Shown here in pieces: positions 59,317-64,000 of a DNA stretch of 64,000 bases (position 1 is the first letter of the stretch; each line of letters opens with the position of its first letter). The translations under genes and the position numbers were made by a program. The stretch covers positions 44,209-108,208 of the forward strand of contig CAWCRT010000003.1 of NCBI GenBank assembly GCA_963798115.1. Reading direction: 5' to 3'. Under the pieces are notes generated by a model that ran no database searches, was not told the origin of the DNA, and saw only the letters and a program-made list of their open reading frames with translations. This stretch comes from an uncultured Pseudomonadota bacterium (GTDB lineage Bacteria; Pseudomonadota; Alphaproteobacteria; Acetobacterales; Acetobacteraceae).

Positions 59317-60660
59317 ATGCAGAGGATTCGTATGCTGTTCGTGGCGGCCCTGATGTCGGGCGCCGCGATACCCGCCATCGCCTTAGGCCAGACAGCTTGC
59401 CCGGCGGCCAACATGTCGCTGCCGCCCGGCGCCAACGCCACCAACCCGTCGGCGCCCTTCTATATCGACAGGACCGGGCTCGACTTCACAACTGCGCCGC
59501 CCACGCGCAATCCGTTCAACCCGCACTACCCGCACGCGACCGTGCTGCGCGCGGGCAGGCTCCCGTCGCCCGGCGCGATCGGCAATTTCATCATCGGGCC
59601 GGTCCATCCGGCCGCGCCGGAAACCGTCGCGCGGGCCGGCGTGCCGCAAGGCACGGTCTATGACCTCACAATGACCTCGGTGGATGGCACTATCTACAAG
59701 CCGGGTATCGTGCGCGACGATCCGAATGGCTGCCTCAATGAAGCGCTGGAACAAGGCCATACCATCCCAGGCGATCCGTCGAACATATTGGTGCCGACCA
59801 GCCATGCCGGCATCTGGACGCGCCCGGTCGATGTGTATGTTCCGGCCGGCTACGTCCCTGGCACCGAAGCCCCCTTCATGGTCGTCGGCGATGGCGGCCC
59901 GCACGGTTTCTTCAACGAGCGTCAGCTCTTCACGGTACTCGACAACCTCATCCACGAGCATCGGTTGCCGCCGATTGTCGTTATCAGCATCGGCGCCGGC
60001 GGCCAGGATGCCCAAGGCAGCGAGCGCGGGCTGGAATATGACACCGTCTCCGGCGCCTATGCCGAATGGGTGGAAACCGAGGTGCTCCCGCTCGTCGAGC
60101 TGCAAACCAATGTGCGCCTCACCAGTGATCCGGACGGGCGGGCCACGCTCGGCATCAGCTCCAGCGGCGCCGCCGCCTTCACCATGGCCTGGTTCCACCC
60201 TGAGCTTTACCACCGCGTGCTGGCTTACTCGCCGACCATGGTTAACCAGCAATGGCCGCATAATCCGGCGCTGCCGGGCGGCGCCTGGGAATATCATGAT
60301 GCCTGGGCCGGCCCCGCCGTCGCGCCGCGCGCTGTCGAAGGCCTCAATGTCACGGCGACCGATGCCTCCACCGGCGCGCCGCTTATCCCGAACAGCCCGC
60401 GGAAACCCATCCGCTACTGGTTCGAGACCGGCGACCGCGACCTGTTTTACCCGCTGGCGACCATGCCGGACGGCATGCATGACTGGACGCTCGCCAATGA
60501 GGATATGGCCCGCGTGCTGGCCGCCAAGGGCTATCAGTATCAGTTCGTCTTCGCCCGCAACGCGCATCATGTGGACAAAGCGACCGTCGCCCAGACGCTG
60601 CCAGAGGCGCTTGAATTCGTCTGGCGCGGTTATCCGGTTACGCGGGAGGCAAGTAAGTAA
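59317..60660 (+). CDS. Secreted esterase-family alpha/beta hydrolase (enterochelin esterase-like)
   Basis: Signal peptide MQRIRMLFVAALMSGAAIPAIALGQ. The GISSSGAAA nucleophile elbow is in a putative-esterase type context. Confidence 0.7.
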   Translation: MQRIRMLFVAALMSGAAIPAIALGQTACPAANMSLPPGANATNPSAPFYIDRTGLDFTTAPPTRNPFNPHYPHATVLRAGRLPSPGAIGNFIIGPVHPAAPETVARAGVPQGTVYDLTMTSVDGTIYKPGIVRDDPNGCLNEALEQGHTIPGDPSNILVPTSHAGIWTRPVDVYVPAGYVPGTEAPFMVVGDGGPHGFFNERQLFTVLDNLIHEHRLPPIVVISIGAGGQDAQGSERGLEYDTVSGAYAEWVETEVLPLVELQTNVRLTSDPDGRATLGISSSGAAAFTMAWFHPELYHRVLAYSPTMVNQQWPHNPALPGGAWEYHDAWAGPAVAPRAVEGLNVTATDASTGAPLIPNSPRKPIRYWFETGDRDLFYPLATMPDGMHDWTLANEDMARVLAAKGYQYQFVFARNAHHVDKATVAQTLPEALEFVWRGYPVTREASK

Positions 60661-60800
60661 GGAAGGAAGAGGCCGCTTTTTGGAAAAAGCGGCACCAAAA
60701 ACTTTCGTGAAACTGGGCCTGTGGCGTCGAAACGGCACGGGCCCAGTTTAAAAAAGTTTTTTGCTTCTTTTTTTCACAAAAAGAAGCCTTTCTTGCTTAA
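60653..60800. repeat. Nested-palindrome element, full copy M
   Basis: GTAAGTAAGGAAGGAAGAG includes the esterase S-K-stop codons. Arms GCCGCTTTTTGGAAAAAGCGGC and GCTTCTTTTTTTCACAAAAAGAAGC. Confidence 0.9.
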
Positions 60801-60849
60801 GCCATCTTCGTTGACACGGCTGAGCGGTCGATTACTTCTCATCGCGATG

Positions 60850-61088
60850 GTCCTTCTTCGACGAAGGTGAATAGGGAATTCGGTGCGGGCTTTGCGGCCT
60901 CATGCCGAAGCTGCCCCCGCAACTGTAAGCGGAAAGCTCCTGTCTCTCGGTCACTGGATTTTCTTCCGGGAAGGCTGACGGGGGCGTCTGATCCGTGAGC
61001 CAGGAGACCTGCCATCGCATCGCAAGGCTGACCAGGCGGGGCGCCCGGTTAAGTTTTTCCTGCCGGGTTCGTCGCCCGGCTTTGTTGT
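60850..61088 (+). ncRNA. Cobalamin riboswitch with a terminator-type expression platform
   Basis: AATAGGGAATTCGGTGCGGG...GCTGCCCCCGCAACTGTAAGCGG core. B12 box AGCCAGGAGACCTGCC at 60998-61013. Downstream hairpin GCCGGG-TTCGTCG-CCCGGC followed by TTTGTTGT (61062-61088). Confidence 0.85.
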
Positions 61089-61137
61089 GACAGGTCAGCG
61101 CCCCGGCCTTGCGCTTCATGCGTGCATTGGGGAATCC

Positions 61138-61539
61138 GTGTCGAAATCTTTGTCTACCCAGCTGCATGTCTGTGTGACCTGCAAAGCCGCCGGCGAGGCC
61201 GCGGAACCGCCGGGGCAACGCCTCTATGAGGCTTTGGCGGAAGGCGTTGCCGGCACCGAGGATGAGCTGGAAGTGCGCCCCGTTGCCTGCCTGGCCTCCT
61301 GCGAACGCGGCTGCACGGCGGCGATCTTCAAGCCGGGCAAACCGTTCGGTTACCTGCTCGGTTATCTGCAACCGCAGCAGGCTGCGGATATTCTCGATTA
61401 TGCGCGCCGCTACGCTGCCTCGCCGACTGGCTCGGTGATGCCCTCGCGCCGTGCGCCCTCGCTTGCCCATTCCATCCTCAGCCGTTTCCCTGCCTATGGG
61501 CTGGACATGATGGAAACTCACCCGAAAGAGAAACAATGA
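61138..61539 (+). CDS. DUF1636-like metal-binding protein (cobalamin cluster)
   Basis: LHVCVTCK...VACLASCERGC cysteine pattern. The track start GTG 61087 lies inside the riboswitch terminator U-tract, so GTG 61138 is preferred. Confidence 0.65.
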   Translation: MSKSLSTQLHVCVTCKAAGEAAEPPGQRLYEALAEGVAGTEDELEVRPVACLASCERGCTAAIFKPGKPFGYLLGYLQPQQAADILDYARRYAASPTGSVMPSRRAPSLAHSILSRFPAYGLDMMETHPKEKQ

Positions 61540-62576
61540 GCCTCCACGCAGCAAAAATCCCCACCACCATCATCACCGGCTTTCTCGGTGCGGGGAAAAC
61601 CACCCTCGTGCGTCATATTCTGGAGACGGCCGGCGGCCGGCGCTTCGCGGTGATCGTGAACGAGTTCGGTGCTCAGGGCGTCGATGGCGAGATCCTGCAG
61701 ACCTGCGGTTTCGAGGGTTGCGACGAGACGAACATCATCGAACTCGCCAATGGTTGCCTGTGCTGCACGGTCGCCGATGATTTCGTGCCGACCATCGAGG
61801 CGCTGCTCGGGCGCCCCAATCCGCCGGAATATATCATCATCGAAACGTCAGGCCTGGCGCTGCCCAAGCCGTTGATCAAGGCGTTCGGCTGGCCGAGCAT
61901 CCGCTCGCGCCTGACCGTGGATGGCGTGGTCGCCGTGGTGGACGGCCCGGCCGTGGCGGCCGGGCGGTTCGCCGATGATCCGGAGGAAGTGGCGCGCCAG
62001 CAGGCGGCGGATCCCTCGCTCGACCATGACAATCCGTTGGCCGAAGTCTACGAAGACCAGCTCAGCGCCGCCGACCTCGTGGTGGTGAACAAGGCCGATC
62101 TCTTGAGCGCGGACGAGCTGGCGCGGGTCCGGGCGATGATCGATGAGACCCTGCCGCGCGCGGTCAAACAGGTTCCGGCCACCAACGGCAAGCTCAGCCT
62201 CGATGTCCTGCTCGGGCTGGAAGCGGCGGCGGAGGATGATCTCGCGGCGCGCCCCTCGCATCACGATGCCGAGGACGGCGAACATGAGCATGATGATTTC
62301 GACAGTTTCGTCGTGCCGGTTGTGGAAATTGCCGATCCGGTCGCATTTCAGGCCCGGCTCGAGGCAACCGCGGCGGCGCATGACGTGTTGCGGATCAAAG
62401 GGTTCCTCGCGGTCGAGGGCAAGCCCCTCCGGCTGGAGATCCAGGGGGTCGGCACCCGCTTCCGGCAGAATTTTACCCGTCCCTGGACGGCGGATGAAAA
62501 GCGGGCCGGGCATCTCGTGGTGATCGGCCGCACCGGCATGGATCGCGCCGGCATCGAAGCCCTCATCATCGGTTAG
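61536..62576 (+). CDS. cobW: Cobalamin biosynthesis GTPase CobW (G3E family)
   Basis: ITGFLGAGKTTL P-loop, GCLCCTV motif, His/Asp-rich stretch HHDAEDGEHEHDD. Confidence 0.9.
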   Translation: MSLHAAKIPTTIITGFLGAGKTTLVRHILETAGGRRFAVIVNEFGAQGVDGEILQTCGFEGCDETNIIELANGCLCCTVADDFVPTIEALLGRPNPPEYIIIETSGLALPKPLIKAFGWPSIRSRLTVDGVVAVVDGPAVAAGRFADDPEEVARQQAADPSLDHDNPLAEVYEDQLSAADLVVVNKADLLSADELARVRAMIDETLPRAVKQVPATNGKLSLDVLLGLEAAAEDDLAARPSHHDAEDGEHEHDDFDSFVVPVVEIADPVAFQARLEATAAAHDVLRIKGFLAVEGKPLRLEIQGVGTRFRQNFTRPWTADEKRAGHLVVIGRTGMDRAGIEALIIG

Positions 62577-62610
62577 AGCGTGACAGGGTTAAGGCAGATG
62601 ATGTCTCAGC

Positions 62611-62749
62611 GAAGAGAAAGGCTTCTTTTTGTGAACAAAAAGAAGCAAAAAAACTTTGTTCATTTGGGTCCGTGCGGTTTCAGCGCCTCAGGCCCAAAGT
62701 CGCAGACGTTTTTTGCGCCGCTTTTTTTCAAAAGAGCGGCTGCTTTCCT
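62611..62749. repeat. Nested-palindrome element, full copy N
   Basis: GAAGAGAAAGG, arm GCTTCTTTTTGTGAACAAAAAGAAGC, central GGGTCCGTGCGGTTTCAGCGCCTCAGGCCC, arm GCCGCTTTTTTTCAAAAGAGCGGC (slightly degenerate), TGCTTTCCT. Confidence 0.9.
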
Positions 62750-62784
62750 GTCTTCAGCCAAGCCTGTCAGGTTCTAAACCCTTA

Positions 62785-64000
62785 TGCACATCCTGTTCCG
62801 CGAGCAGCGTAGCCTCGATGAAGCGGCCGCCGCTGTGGAGCTGGGGCACAGCCCGGCCGATCTGGTGCTGCTCTCCTTCTCCGATGCGGATCTGGGCGCG
62901 GCCGCCATGGCCTGGCGCCATATGGGGGCGGCGCGGCCGGGGCTGCGGCTAGCCAATCTGGCCGAGCTGCGTCATCCGCTCTCGGTCGATCTCTACGCGG
63001 AACAGGTTCTAAGCCACGCGAAAGCGGTGATCGTGCGGCTGCTCGGCGGCCTCGATTACTGGCGTTACGGCTGCGAGGAGCTGCTGGCTTTGTGCCGCGC
63101 GCGGGGCATCCCGCTCGCGGTCATTGCCGGTGACGGGCAAAGCGATACGCGCCTTGCGGATTTCTGCACGGTCAGCGCCGACCTCGCGGCGCGGCTCGAC
63201 GGTTATTTCCGCGAGGGCGGCCCGGCCAATCTCGCCAATGCCTTGCGCCTCGGCGCCTCCCTGGCCGGGCTCGGCGCGCCGCCGGACCAGGGGCCGGTAC
63301 CGGTGCCGCGCTTTGGCCTGCATGAATTGCCGGCCGCGGCCGCGGCAGAGGCGCCGCTGGCCGTGCTCGTCTTCTACCGCTCGCATTTGCTCTCGGGCGA
63401 CATCGCGCCGATCGAGAGCTTGAGCGAGGCGTTGGCAAAACGCGGGATCGGCTGCCGCGCGCTCTATGTCGACAGTTTGAAATCCCCGGACGCCGCCGCT
63501 TTCACAGCCGCCCAGCTGCGCGCCTGGCGGCCGCGCGTGGTGCTGAACGCGACCGGGTTTTCCGCCCGTGGCGAACGCGGATCGCCGCTGGATGAGGCCG
63601 GTTGCCCGGTGCTGCAGCTGATCCTCGCGGGATCGACGCGGGAGGCCTGGGGCAATTCGACGCGCGGCCTCTCGCCCGCCGACATGGCGATGCAGATCGT
63701 GCTGCCCGAATGCGACGGCAGGCTCTCGACCACGGCCATTTCCTTCAAAACGCCAGGGACGCGGATCGAGGCGTTGGAATTCGCCCAGACGATGCATCAG
63801 CCGGAGGCAAAGCAGGTCGCCCTGGCGGCAGATCGCGCCGAAGGGTGGATCCGGCTGGCGGCAAGCCCGGCGGCGGCGCGGCGCATCGCCCTCGTTCTGT
63901 CGGATTATCCGGGCGCTGCCGGCGCGCAGGGGCAGATCGGCCATGCGGTGGGGCTCGATAGTTTCGCGAGCCTGGATGCGATCGCGTCATTGCTGCGCGA
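62785..64000 (+). CDS. cobN: Cobaltochelatase subunit CobN, N-terminal part (continues beyond the window)
   Basis: Manual translation from ATG 62785 is open to the window end: MHILFREQRSLDEAAAAVELGHSPADLVLLSFSDADLGAAA...VIVRLLGGLDYWRYG...VLVFYRSHLLSGD, which is typical of CobN. Confidence 0.9.

Overview
High-GC chromosomal window, probably from an alphaproteobacterium (a Hyphomicrobiales-like gene set; this guess is low confidence). It is mostly ordinary metabolic and envelope genes. In order: an exopolysaccharide locus (priming transferase, polymerase-like protein, GH5 glucanase, GT4), two alpha/beta hydrolases, cyoABCD, and a molybdenum hydroxylase operon (FAD, 2Fe-2S and Mo subunits plus a CoxG-like protein). 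Then a 1720-aa DUF4011/Upf1-like helicase fused to a Vsr/DUF559-like nuclease, a pcaIJF-like CoA-transferase/thiolase cluster with an IclR regulator and its operator, tartrate dehydrogenase, and one IS630 element. After that come an agmatinase/GST/Ldh2 group, a liv-type ABC transporter, a TPR-glycosyltransferase, PilZ, tadE/tadE/tadG-like genes, copZ and a copA broken by two frameshifts. The window ends with a cobalamin riboswitch followed by DUF1636, cobW and cobN. The most unusual signal is not a gene. From about 19.3 kb to 62.7 kb nearly every transcription unit is bounded by a copy of a 120-160 bp nested-palindrome repeat (11 full and 3 partial copies). The repeat has two perfect hairpin arms, a central GGGCCC hairpin, complementary linkers, and AAGGAAGG/CCTTCCTT ends that often contain the neighbouring gene's stop codon. 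One copy has been hit by the IS630. The first 19 kb has no copies. The second notable item is the giant helicase-nuclease, a candidate single-gene defence protein whose architecture resembles Hhe and which carries an N-terminal transglutaminase-like module. It is bracketed by two repeat copies. Four genes carry six disabling lesions in total: lysR paralog, IS630 transposase, tadG-like and copA. All domain calls come from motif recognition by eye; no searches were run.
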